Positions 51,876-61,553 of a DNA stretch of 64,000 nt are shown piece after piece. This DNA is from an uncultured delta proteobacterium (GTDB lineage Bacteria; Myxococcota_A; Polyangia; Polyangiales; Polyangiaceae). The DNA is taken from positions 192,001 through 256,000 of the forward strand of contig CAVQUB010000032.1 in the NCBI GenBank assembly GCA_963716725.1, written 5' to 3'. Made by a program: the position numbers and the translations under genes. The notes below the pieces were generated by a model. It was not told the DNA's origin. It saw only the letters and a program-made list of their open reading frames with translations, and did not search any database. How positions within the stretch are numbered: position 1 is the stretch's first letter; every line of letters starts with the position of its first letter.

Positions 51876-52873
51876 GGGCGCTCGCCTGGGGTCTCCTGGC
51901 TGTGGGCGCAGTAGCCTGCAAGGGCCCCGCCCCCAGCGCTTCGGACAACAGCAGCGCCGCTGCGCCGCCGGAGCCGCCGTTGGCCAAGGCTTCGGCGAGC
52001 TCCCCAGCGCCAGTTGCGAGCGTCGAGACCGCGCCTGCTCCTCGACTTTCTCTGGAGGGGACCGTGGCGACGGGCAAGCTGCTGAAGCTCGCTCACGAGA
52101 GCGACGGCTGGGTCGGCGAGCTCGAGCGAAGGCCTCCGGCGCGAGTCTGGGTGTCGGTGGCGACCAAGCAGCAACCGCTAGTGCCACGCGGGCGTGCCGC
52201 GCACGCGCTCATCGCGGAAATCGTGGCTCCAGGGGTGGTGGCTCCGACAGCGCTGCGCGCCATGACGGTCGCGGAGCTGAGCCAGGCGTCGGACGCGGCG
52301 GCGAAGAAGCGACTCGAACGCGAGGCTCGAGTGCTGGCCAATGGCACGGTCGAGGTCACCTTGACCCTGGCGCCGGCCCCGGCGCTGACTCGCGTGGAGC
52401 TGACCTCGAACGACGAGGCATCGGTGGTTCGGACCTGGGAACGCCTGCTCGGTGCTCGAGAGACAATCCCCGACGGCGAACGCCTGGGGCTCGCGCAATA
52501 CCAAGCGCTGTTGGCCATCGATCACATTTCGGGCAATGCGGCTCGCGTCGGCGTGTTTCGGCACGACAAGACCGGACGCATCACCGCAGCGGAGGGCAAC
52601 GAGGCGTTCTCGCCGACGCCGCGCGAAGGGGCGCTGAACGAAGCGCTGGCTCGGCTCTCGCGTCACATGACCTACTCCAAGTCGCTGGACGACCGCCTGG
52701 CGAGGCTCGATCGCGAGAGCCTCGAACGAGCGCTTGGCTTCGGGAGCCCGCCGAGCCTGCTAGTCACGCCGAAGCAGCTGGAAGAGTGCCTCGATCGGGC
52801 CCAGAACATCCGACGCCTGATCGCCGAGCGGGTGAAGAAGCGCGGCGCGGACAAGGCGCTCGCGCTGCCTTGA
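51872..52873 (+). CDS. Lipoprotein with degenerate kinase-like fold (inferred)
   Basis: Lipobox AVAC; IDHISGNAAR and AAEGNEAF resemble DxLxGNxDR and IDN motifs of atypical kinases. Confidence 0.45.
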   Translation: MRALAWGLLAVGAVACKGPAPSASDNSSAAAPPEPPLAKASASSPAPVASVETAPAPRLSLEGTVATGKLLKLAHESDGWVGELERRPPARVWVSVATKQQPLVPRGRAAHALIAEIVAPGVVAPTALRAMTVAELSQASDAAAKKRLEREARVLANGTVEVTLTLAPAPALTRVELTSNDEASVVRTWERLLGARETIPDGERLGLAQYQALLAIDHISGNAARVGVFRHDKTGRITAAEGNEAFSPTPREGALNEALARLSRHMTYSKSLDDRLARLDRESLERALGFGSPPSLLVTPKQLEECLDRAQNIRRLIAERVKKRGADKALALP

Positions 52874-52883
52874 GCCGAGCGTT

Positions 52884-54104
52884 CTAGGGCTGAACGATCA
52901 CCACCGCGTCGGGGTCACGGTGCAAGAGCTTGCCGGTCTCTCCCGGGCAGCCCCAACAGGTGCTGAAGTGCAAGCGTGGCCGGATGTAGCCGCTGTACGC
53001 GAAGGCGACCGGTCCCGGTTCGTTCTTCATCACGAAGCTCGACGCGAGCAGGTACTCGTCCTTGCCCGCCACGTGAAAGGCCGCGACAAAGGAGGTGCTG
53101 TCGCCGGAACGGGCGCTGACGAGCAAGTACTGGGCTCCCGCCACCGGATTCCACAAGAGCGGGGCGACGGTGAAGAGGAAGCCCTTCTTGTCCTTGGTGC
53201 CGCGCTCGACCACCGCGTTGGCTGAGTCGGGCTCGCGAAAGAACTTCACGTCCTTGGCCAGGGACGCCGTGCGTGGATCTGCGGCGAGCAATTTCTCGAG
53301 GTCCTCGGCGCTGATCTTGGCCCGCTCGAAGGTCTGACCTAGAACCGCTTCCTTGATGACCGCGGCGTTGGGCGGACCGTGGCAACACCGAAAGCCCAGG
53401 TCCTCGCTGCTAGTGGCAGCGTCGATGCCGTTGCGGGCAGCGCAACGATGATCGTGCACCGGAGCTTTGGAGGCGGCGCCGCGAGTGGCCGCTCGACGGG
53501 TGGAGCCGTCGTCGGTTGGGACCACGTCGCTCGCCGTCCATTCGCGCAACGCTCCCATGCCGAGCGCATCGAATCCGGTCGCGCAGCTCCGCGCTTCTTC
53601 CTTGCAGCGAGGGTCCCAGGCGGCTCCCGTGGCAAAGCTCTCACTCGCCGGACCCTTGCAGGCGCGCTCCCATTCGAGTTCAGTGCAGAGCCGAGCGCCC
53701 TTCTGCGCGCACAGCCGCTTGGCCATGTCGCGCGAGACGCCGGTCTTCGGGGGCAGGGTCGGATCGTTGGGGTAGGGCAGCCGGTCGATCTCGAAGGGCC
53801 CCAGCTCCAGGTCGTGCAGGACCGGTTCCAGGTCGGGCCGCCGTCCGGGATCGCCGGGGCGGCTGCCCGCACGGAACACGCCGCCGGGGATCTTCGCGCG
53901 GGCGTCGGGCTTGGCTTCTTCCTTGGGTTTGCGAACGGAGGCCAGCGGCGGCGCGCTCGTCGCCGTCGCGCTCGGACCGGTGCTTGCGGCCGTGCCCTCG
54001 GCCGGCTTTGCGCAGCCGGTGGCCGCGCACACCACGACGACGCCGGACCGGACGATGCTCGCGATCGACGTGGCGGATCGCGGTCTCTGGGGGTAGATCC
54101 ACAT
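52884..54104 (-). CDS. SUMF1/FGE-sulfatase domain protein
   Basis: IPGGVFRAGS, FEIDRLPYPN, RLCTELEWERAC, REWT, LGFRCC; start approximate. Confidence 0.85.
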   Translation of the reverse strand: MWIYPQRPRSATSIASIVRSGVVVVCAATGCAKPAEGTAASTGPSATATSAPPLASVRKPKEEAKPDARAKIPGGVFRAGSRPGDPGRRPDLEPVLHDLELGPFEIDRLPYPNDPTLPPKTGVSRDMAKRLCAQKGARLCTELEWERACKGPASESFATGAAWDPRCKEEARSCATGFDALGMGALREWTASDVVPTDDGSTRRAATRGAASKAPVHDHRCAARNGIDAATSSEDLGFRCCHGPPNAAVIKEAVLGQTFERAKISAEDLEKLLAADPRTASLAKDVKFFREPDSANAVVERGTKDKKGFLFTVAPLLWNPVAGAQYLLVSARSGDSTSFVAAFHVAGKDEYLLASSFVMKNEPGPVAFAYSGYIRPRLHFSTCWGCPGETGKLLHRDPDAVVIVQP

Positions 54105-54168
54105 GGCCGGCTCCGGCGACCTTGACCAAGGACGCCCTCCTCTGCAACCCCTTTGCGCCTCGGACACC

Positions 54169-54426
54169 ATGACCCACCCGCTCGCCAGTCGCCTCGCTCC
54201 GCTCATGAGTCACGATCTCCAGGAGCTGCACGCCATCGTCGCGGAGTGGGTCATCGATTCGGGCGACGCGCTCGAGCGCGCGCGCTATCGCGTGTTCGGC
54301 TCGGAACTCGGCGCGGTGAAGCGACGCATTTCGGCCCGCAGCTCTCCGCCGACTCATGAAGAGATCGAGATCGCGCTCACCGCGGTGCTGGCGTTGTCTG
54401 CGCGCCGCGTCCGAGCTCGCGCGTGA
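54169..54426 (+). CDS. Small hypothetical protein
   Basis: Helical ORF with GTGA overlap into the downstream LarA-like gene. Confidence 0.55.
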   Translation: MTHPLASRLAPLMSHDLQELHAIVAEWVIDSGDALERARYRVFGSELGAVKRRISARSSPPTHEEIEIALTAVLALSARRVRARA

Positions 54427-55559
54427 GCTCTTTCGCGGAGCGAGCCCTTCGAGCTCTTCCGCCCGACCTCCTCACGCTGCGCACGCCCCGGGCCGCGGAT
54501 CAGCGGGCGTCCGTCGTCGACCTTTGTCGCGGCGCGTTGCTTTCACCCGTCGCGAGCCCGCCCCTGGACCGCCTGGCGCAAGGTGCTCGCCGCATCGCCG
54601 TGATCGTGAGTGACGAATCTCGCGACGAGCCTCGCTCCGACATGCTCAGGGCGTTGCGCGAAGTGCTGCCCTGGGATCGCGTGACTCTGGTCGTCGCATC
54701 GGGCACTCACGAGGCCAGCCATCGGGCCGTGCCGGACGAGCACCGCGATCGGCCCGTCGTCGTCCACGGGTCTGGGTCGACCGTGGTGGACCTGGGGCGG
54801 ACGACGAGGGGAACGCGCATCCGACTCCTCGACGTCGTGGCCGAGGCCGATCTCGTGGTCGCGACGGGTCGGGTCAGGCCCCACTACTTCGCGGGGCTCT
54901 CGGCGGGCGCCAAGGCCATCTTTCCGGGGGTGGCGCTGGCCGAAGACATCCTCGCCAACCACCTGCTCAAGAGCGAGCCCAGCGCCCGGCTCGGGCGCGT
55001 GCACGACAACGCCTGCCGCTTGGACATGGAAGAAGCCGCGAGAGCCCTGCCCGGCGTGGCGTTCTTGCTCAATCTGCTCTGCGACGTCGACGGAACGCCG
55101 ATTGCGGCTGCCGCCGGCGATCTGGTCGCGGCGCATCGGGCCCTGGTGGAGCCGGCACGTCGAACATTCACCGTCCAGGCTCCCCGATCGCCGGTGGTGA
55201 TCGTCGCGGACCAACCTCCGGTGTCCAGCAGCCTCTATCAAGCATCGAAGCTCCTGCCCCCCGCTGGCGCGCTGCTCGACGTTGGCGGCGTGGTGATCTT
55301 GGTCGCGGATCTCGCGCAGGGGATCGGCCCCGTCGAGCGGGTGAACCAAGGCATCTACCAGCTCGGTGTGCGGCCCCAGCTCCCAGCGCAGCACCGGGTG
55401 CTGCTGGTCAGCGAGCTCGCGGAAGAGATCGCCACCCGAAGCTACGCGGAGCCACGTCGCAGCCTTCGCGCGGCGCTGGACGAGGCGCTGGCTGCGACCG
55501 GCGCGACGCGCGCGGTGGCGCTCTGGCGCGCCGGCGAGCTGATCGCCGTGCCCGAATGA
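54423..55559 (+). CDS. LarA-family (nickel-pincer 2-hydroxy acid racemase/epimerase) protein
   Basis: SDESR, ASGTH, PHYFAGLSAGAK, NH, LYQASK. Confidence 0.8.
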   Translation: MSSFAERALRALPPDLLTLRTPRAADQRASVVDLCRGALLSPVASPPLDRLAQGARRIAVIVSDESRDEPRSDMLRALREVLPWDRVTLVVASGTHEASHRAVPDEHRDRPVVVHGSGSTVVDLGRTTRGTRIRLLDVVAEADLVVATGRVRPHYFAGLSAGAKAIFPGVALAEDILANHLLKSEPSARLGRVHDNACRLDMEEAARALPGVAFLLNLLCDVDGTPIAAAAGDLVAAHRALVEPARRTFTVQAPRSPVVIVADQPPVSSSLYQASKLLPPAGALLDVGGVVILVADLAQGIGPVERVNQGIYQLGVRPQLPAQHRVLLVSELAEEIATRSYAEPRRSLRAALDEALAATGATRAVALWRAGELIAVPE

Positions 55560-55679
55560 CGCGCTGCAAAAGCAGGCGTCCACGCCGAGATCCGCGCGGC
55601 TGGCCCGTCCACTGACCGCGGCGGTCACGCTGGGCCGAAAATGCGCTAGGTTCCCCGTCCCCGCCCGGAGGCGCCGTCG

Positions 55680-57643
55680 ATGAGTGAGCAACAGGTCCGG
55701 ATCACCGGACGCATCCTGTATCTGACTGAAGACCCAGACATCCTACGTAAGCAGCTCGCGGGGGAGAGCATCGCCTACGACGCCGGCAGAAAGCTGGTCG
55801 ACAACATCTCGACCGACGAGCTGACGCCCGGATGGGTTTGTTACTACTACGACGAGACCCTGGCGCGCTACTGCTTGGTCGGACTGCGCGGCAGTGTGAT
55901 CGAGAAAGACTCGATCAAGAGCGGCGGGTTCGGGGTGATCGTGAGCGGGCGCAGCAAGGGCTGCGGCTCGTCCCGCGAGACCGCGCCTTACTCCGAGTTG
56001 AAGGCCGGCGTGCAGCTGGTCATCGCGGAGAGCATCGAGAAGATCTACGGGCAGAACGCCCAGAACATCGGTCTGCTCACCTCGACCGACTTCTCTCTGA
56101 TCGATCGCATCGAGCGCGGCGAGGCCATCCCAATCTCCGAGTTCACCAAGGGTCTCGATCCGATCAGCGCGCAGATCGTCGAGTACGGGGGGCTGTTTGC
56201 ATACAACCGCAAGCGCGATGGCGGGGGAGATCGCGCCACCTCCGCTGGAGACCCAGCGCCGCCCCATGAACGTGTGCGAGAAGATCATCGCGTCACGCGC
56301 CATCGCCGACGCCCGCACCGGGGCGCTGGGCGTGGCCGCCGTGAAGCCCGGAGACGCGCTCTTCGTGCGCACCGACGTGCGCTTCAGCCACGAGTACGTG
56401 ACGCCGATGGCCGAGTCGTTGTTCCGCGCAGGCTTCGGCGAGGACGCGAAGGTGAGCGAGCCCGAGAGCGTGTTTGCGTTCCGCGATCACCTCACGTTCT
56501 TGGACCTCGTGATGCCCGAGGCCCACAAGAAGATGGGGCTCGACGACCAGGCGGCCTCGCTGGCGACGGTGCAGGAGTCCTTCTCCAAGCGCCAGGGCAT
56601 TCGCTTGTACGGCGAAGTCACCCGCGACGGTCGCACGGTGGGCAGCGAAGCCATCTGCCACAACAAGGTGATCGAGGAGCTGGCGCTGCCCGGCCAGGTC
56701 GTCGCCGGGACCGACTCGCACACCTGCATGGCGAGGAGCGCTCGGCTGCTTCGCGTTCGGAGTCGGCAGCACCGACATGGCCAACGCGTGGTTCACCCGC
56801 GACGTGCGGGTCAAGGTGCCGGAGACCGTGCGTTTCGTGCTGCAGCGGTGAGCTTCGCGCCGGCGTCTGTGCCAAGGACGTCATGCTGCACATCCTCTCG
56901 CTCGATCACTTCAAGTCCGGCAGCGGCATCGGCAAGGTGCTCGAGTTCTCGGGCGATGGCGTCGAGAACCTGCTCGCTGGACGAGCGCGCCACCCTCACC
57001 AACATGGCGGTCGAGGCCGGCGGCTTCACCGGCATCATCGAGGCCGACGAGGTCGTGGTGGAGTACCTGGTCGAGATGCGCGGGCTTCCCGCCGACGAAG
57101 TACGCGCAGAAGATCGTGCGCGCCGACCCAGACGCAAGCTATGCGGCGACCTTCGAGATCGACCTGGGCAAGGTGGTTCCGATGGTGGCGACCCCGGGCG
57201 ATCCGCGCAACGGCGTACCGCTGACCAGTCTCGACGACGTGAAGATCGACATCGCCTACGGCGGCTCGTGCACCGGCGGCAAGAAGGCTGACATGGACAT
57301 GTACGCCGCGGTCCTCGAGCGCGCGCTCGCCCAAGGGCGCCGCGTTGCCGACGGCGTGCAGCTCTACATCCAGTTCGGTTCGCAGCACATCCGGCAGTAC
57401 GCTGAGCAGAAGGGCTACATCCAGATCTTCCAGCGCGCCGGCGCCAACCTCGTCGACCCCTCCTGCGGCGCCTGCATCAGGGCGGGTCCCGGCGTCTCGT
57501 TCACGTCGGACGAGGTGACGGTCAGCGCCATCAACCGCAACTTCCCAGGACGGAGCGGCCCCGGAAAGGTGTACCTCGCGAGCCCGCTGGTGGTGGCGGC
57601 GAGCGCCATCGCCGGCAAGATCGTGGCGCCCGACGCGATCTGA
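55680..57643 (+). CDS. Aconitase-family hydro-lyase, fused LeuD-like (N) + LeuC-like (C); about five frameshifts
   Basis: DNISTDE, GCGSSRETAP, ICHN, GTDSHT, NMAVEAG, GGSCTGG, PSCGACI, NRNFPGRSG, YLASP. Confidence 0.85.
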
Positions 57644-57683
57644 CTCCGTCTGAGCGTCTTGGCACGATCAAATCAGGGTCGGC

Positions 57684-58295
57684 ATGAGCAGCAAGAAACG
57701 ACGAAAGGGACCGGCGAACGCGGGCCCTGCCGACCCGCCCCCGGGAGCGGGCGCGAATCCTCACGCCTACCAGGTCGGTCCGGAGGTCGTGGTGACGCTC
57801 ACCTACGAGGTGTTCGACAGCGACGGCGAGCTCGTGGGCGGCAGCGAGGGTCCGCGCTCGATCTTGTTCGGGTTCGGGGAGATATTGCCGCAGGTGGAGC
57901 GGGCGCTCGAGGGCGCGCTGCCCGGGGAGGCGCGCAGCGTCCAGGTGAAGGCGAAGGAAGCGTTCGGCGAACGTGATCCCAAAGCGCTGCTCGAGGTCGA
58001 CCCCGCGGACTTCCCTGCCGACGTGGCGCCCGGCGACAGCTTCGAAGCCGAGGGCAGCGAGGGCGAAGTGATCGTGCTGCGCGTCCTCGACGTGACGCCC
58101 GACGCGGTGATCGTGGACCAGAATCATCCGCTGGCCGGTCGTTCCCTTCGGGTCGAGCTGAGCGTGCTGGATACGCGCCCGGCCACCCCGGAAGAGGTCG
58201 ACGCGGCGGCCCGAGGGCTCGACGCACCCGTCCAGACCGCCGAGACACAGCTGATTGTGGCTGAGCGCTTGCTTCGTGGGCCCACCCAGCGCTAG
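57684..58295 (+). CDS. slyD: FKBP-type peptidyl-prolyl isomerase (SlyD-like)
   Basis: VVTLTY, EAFGERD, VDQNHPLAG, RPATPEE. Confidence 0.85.
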   Translation: MSSKKRRKGPANAGPADPPPGAGANPHAYQVGPEVVVTLTYEVFDSDGELVGGSEGPRSILFGFGEILPQVERALEGALPGEARSVQVKAKEAFGERDPKALLEVDPADFPADVAPGDSFEAEGSEGEVIVLRVLDVTPDAVIVDQNHPLAGRSLRVELSVLDTRPATPEEVDAAARGLDAPVQTAETQLIVAERLLRGPTQR

Positions 58296-58358
58296 GAAAC
58301 GCTCGCGCAACCGTCGAAGGGCCGTCCGGTCCTGGGCGAGGGCACGGAGACGACGAAG

Positions 58359-58568
58359 ATGAACGATTCTGACTTCTTCAAGCACGACATTCGGATCCGC
58401 GAGCGCATGTTGCGCCGGGGTTTCGTGACCGAGTCCGAAGTTGCCCGCCACCTCGAGGGCCTGGTGGACGCCGAGTCCAAGAGCGAGACGCTCGATCACC
58501 ACCAGCCAGCGCTGGGCTACGGCGATGAGGACGACGAGGACGACGACGACGACGAGGCGACATCGTGA
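58359..58568 (+). CDS. Small acidic-tailed hypothetical protein
   Basis: DIRIRERMLRRG...HLEGLVD, poly-Asp tail; GTGA overlap with next gene. Confidence 0.65.
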   Translation: MNDSDFFKHDIRIRERMLRRGFVTESEVARHLEGLVDAESKSETLDHHQPALGYGDEDDEDDDDDEATS

Positions 58569-58915
58569 CTCCGGAGGGGGTGGACGGGCCGAGCAGCGGG
58601 CAGCAGCGTGACGCCCTGGAGGCGTTCGAGGCTGCCAATCAAGACAGCGCTCGCGAACGGGAGCAAATGCCCCCTGTCGACTTCGCGACCTTCGTGCTCT
58701 CGCTCTACCACTCCGCCCGCATGCACCTTGGTGACGCACCCAACCCCGAAGGCGCCGCGCTGCCCGAGTTGCCGCTCGCCCGACAGACCATCAATCTCAT
58801 CGGGCTCGTCCAGGACAAGACCCGAGGCAATTTGACCGGTGAGGAAGAGCGCATCTTGGAGCAAGCGCTCTATGATCTCCGCATGCGCTACGTCGAGGTC
58901 ACGAAGTCGAAGTGA
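58565..58915 (+). CDS. DUF1844 domain protein
   Basis: DFATFVLSL, HLG, ARQTI, KTRGNLT.EE..L...LYDLRMRYV. Confidence 0.88.
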   Translation: MTPEGVDGPSSGQQRDALEAFEAANQDSAREREQMPPVDFATFVLSLYHSARMHLGDAPNPEGAALPELPLARQTINLIGLVQDKTRGNLTGEEERILEQALYDLRMRYVEVTKSK

Positions 58916-60078
58916 CGCGAGCCTGTGTTCTCGTTCTCGCTGCGCTGGCGCTGCTGGGATGTCGGCGCTCGAGCCCCGGCGGAGCAGACGCCGGACCGCC
59001 CGGATCAGCGACCGCAGCGCCGGTCGTCTCCCCGACGGTCGCGCTCCCGCTCGCGCCTCCCCTCGACGCGCCTCGGAGCTTTGCGGACCTGGCCGCGAAG
59101 GCTGATCCGGCGGTGGCCTTCGTCAGGACGACCCAGGAGCAACAGGGCCGTACCGGTCGACGCCGCGTGATCGGTGAGGGACTCGGCAGCGCTTTCGTCT
59201 ACGATCCGAGCGGGCTCGTTCTCACCAACAATCACGTCATCAAAGGCGCGACCGACATTCGGGTCTTGATCCAGAAGAAGGAGTTCAAGGCCAAGGTGGT
59301 CGGTCGCGACGGGCCGACGGACATCGCGGTATTGCGCGTCGAGTCCAAGGATTTGGCTCACCTGCCCTTGGGAGACTCCGATGGGACGCGGGTCGGTGAC
59401 TGGGTGGTTGCCATCGGCAATCCCTTCGGCCTGGCTCACACCGTCTCGGCGGGCATCGTGTCGGCCAAGGGGCGAACTGGCTCCGACGTGCGCGGTTTGG
59501 GCGACGGAACCGGTTACTACAACTTCCTCCAGACCGACGCCGCCATCAATCAGGGCAACAGCGGCGGACCGCTCTTGGACCTCGGCGGTCGGGTGGTGGG
59601 CATCAATACGGCGATTCGCGCCAACGCCAACAGCATTGGCTTCGCCATCCCCATCAACATGGTCAAGGAGTTGCTCCCTCGCTTGATCAAGGACGGAAAG
59701 GTCATCCGCAGCGCGATCGGGATCCGAGTGTCGTCGCTGGTCACCGAGGACAGCACGCGCCTCGGGCTTGGAGACGCCACCGGCGCCCTCGTACGTTCCG
59801 TGCTGCCCGCGGGCCCAGCGGACAAGGCCGGCGTACAGATCGACGACGTGATCACCGCCTTCGAGGGCGAGCCTGTGCCCGGTCCCGAGAAGCTGCGCTG
59901 GGTCGCGAGCCTCGCCGGCGTCGGAAAAGCCGTGACGCTGCGCATCACTCGGGGCAAGAGGACGCTCGAGCTCAAGGTCGTCTTGAACGAGCTGCCCGAC
60001 CAAGAGAATTCGGCCGAAGAGCCCGACCCCGACCCCGACCCCGCGCCGGCGCCCGGGCTGCCGCCGGGGCACCCCTGA
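58912..60078 (+). CDS. HtrA/DegP-family serine protease with one PDZ domain
   Basis: TNNHV, TDIAV, QTDAAINQGNSGGP, PDZ; lipobox LLGC. Confidence 0.93.
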   Translation: MTRACVLVLAALALLGCRRSSPGGADAGPPGSATAAPVVSPTVALPLAPPLDAPRSFADLAAKADPAVAFVRTTQEQQGRTGRRRVIGEGLGSAFVYDPSGLVLTNNHVIKGATDIRVLIQKKEFKAKVVGRDGPTDIAVLRVESKDLAHLPLGDSDGTRVGDWVVAIGNPFGLAHTVSAGIVSAKGRTGSDVRGLGDGTGYYNFLQTDAAINQGNSGGPLLDLGGRVVGINTAIRANANSIGFAIPINMVKELLPRLIKDGKVIRSAIGIRVSSLVTEDSTRLGLGDATGALVRSVLPAGPADKAGVQIDDVITAFEGEPVPGPEKLRWVASLAGVGKAVTLRITRGKRTLELKVVLNELPDQENSAEEPDPDPDPAPAPGLPPGHP

Positions 60079-60138
60079 ACCGCGGCCTGGTTCACCGGGC
60101 AGGGGCACCCGACTTGCATCGGGCGTAGAGTGACCGCG

Positions 60139-60951
60139 ATGACCGAAGGGCAGAGGCCGGGCGCAGCCCCCCCGCCCCGGGCCGTAAGCCCGGTAGCAGG
60201 GTCGCGTTCTGCATCCGTGAAAGGAAACGGGGCACCTGAGCCCACCCGGCCCGAGCTCGCGCCCCGGCCTGACACCGCTGTCGCGGCCAACGTGAATAGC
60301 GGTGCGCGGGCGGCGTCCAACCGACTGGTAAGACAGGCAGAAGCCGAGGAAGACCGTGCTCTCATCGACCGCGCCCGAACCGGCGACAAACTCGCGTTCC
60401 GTCAGCTGGTGGACAGGCATCAGCGGCGAGCCTTTGCCATCGCGCTTTCGTTGGTTCGCGACGAGAACGACGCCCGTGAGGTCGTCCAAGAAGCCTTCAT
60501 CAGGGTCTTCCGAGGCATCGACTCCTTCCACGGCGGTTCGAGCTTTTTCACCTGGCTCTACCGCATCGTCACGAATCTCTCCATCGACCTCATGCGGAAA
60601 CCAGCTCGCCGCGACCAAGAGCTCGACGAGTCGCGCGAGATCAAGGACGAGTTCGACATCCCGCTGCTCGCGCGCCTCGACGGTGCTGATCCCGCCGACG
60701 TCGTGCGTCGCGGTGAGATCCGCCAGAAGATCCAGAGCGCGCTGGACGCGCTCCCGCCCTATCACCGTGGCGTCATCGTCATGCGAGAGGTTGAGGGGAT
60801 GAGCTACGAAGAGATGGCGCAGGCGATGGGCGTATCGAAGGGCACCATCATGAGCCGACTGTTTCATGCTCGGCAGAAGCTCCAACGAGCGCTGGCCGAC
60901 TGCTATGCGGAGCAAATTGGCGCGCATCCGCGTGCCGCGGAGGAGTCGTGA
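60139..60951 (+). CDS. ECF sigma factor (RpoE-like) with N-terminal extension
   Basis: EVVQEAFIRV, FFTWLYRI, GMSYEEMA, GTIMSRLFHAR. Confidence 0.92.
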   Translation: MTEGQRPGAAPPPRAVSPVAGSRSASVKGNGAPEPTRPELAPRPDTAVAANVNSGARAASNRLVRQAEAEEDRALIDRARTGDKLAFRQLVDRHQRRAFAIALSLVRDENDAREVVQEAFIRVFRGIDSFHGGSSFFTWLYRIVTNLSIDLMRKPARRDQELDESREIKDEFDIPLLARLDGADPADVVRRGEIRQKIQSALDALPPYHRGVIVMREVEGMSYEEMAQAMGVSKGTIMSRLFHARQKLQRALADCYAEQIGAHPRAAEES

Positions 60952-61553
60952 GTCGTCATCTCGACCTGATGCGCCTGCATGACGGCGAGTTCGGCCCCGA
61001 GGAGGCGTCGGAGCTCGAGCGCAGTCTCTCGCCGGAGGACCGCCGCGTCCTGGCCGGGCTCGAGCAGATAGGCGATGTCATTCGCGCCTACGAGCCCGAG
61101 GCGCTCGATCGCTTCGACGGGGTCGCGGACCAGGTGATGGCCTCGCTCGGCCGCGTCGACAACGTGGTTGCCCTTGGCCCCAGAGTCGAGATCGCGACGG
61201 AGACCCTGGGGCCCCGGCGGGCGCGAGCGCGGAGCGGGCCAGTGGTCGCGATCGGGCTCGCACTCGCAGCTGCGGCCGCCGCGGCGCTGTGGATGACGAC
61301 GCCCGGGGGGCCCTCGCCGGCCAGCACCGCGTCGGTGGCACCCTTGCTGGCTCCTGCGCCTCAGACTCCCGTCGCGGACCCGTCGTCGCCTCCCGCGGCG
61401 ACGGACGACGACGCGGATCTTGCCGCCACGATCGAGGCGGTGGATTTCGGCAATCGAGCTGGGACCATCTTCATGGTTCCCGCCGGTGACCAGAGCACTC
61501 CAGTCGTCTGGTTGGTGGACGAGGCGCCGAGCGGTAGAATGGAGCCGCTATGA
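60948..61553 (+). CDS. Putative anti-sigma factor
   Basis: Coupled to ECF gene; LMRLHDGE N-terminus, single TM, C-terminal TPVVWL. Confidence 0.7.
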   Translation: MSRHLDLMRLHDGEFGPEEASELERSLSPEDRRVLAGLEQIGDVIRAYEPEALDRFDGVADQVMASLGRVDNVVALGPRVEIATETLGPRRARARSGPVVAIGLALAAAAAAALWMTTPGGPSPASTASVAPLLAPAPQTPVADPSSPPAATDDDADLAATIEAVDFGNRAGTIFMVPAGDQSTPVVWLVDEAPSGRMEPL

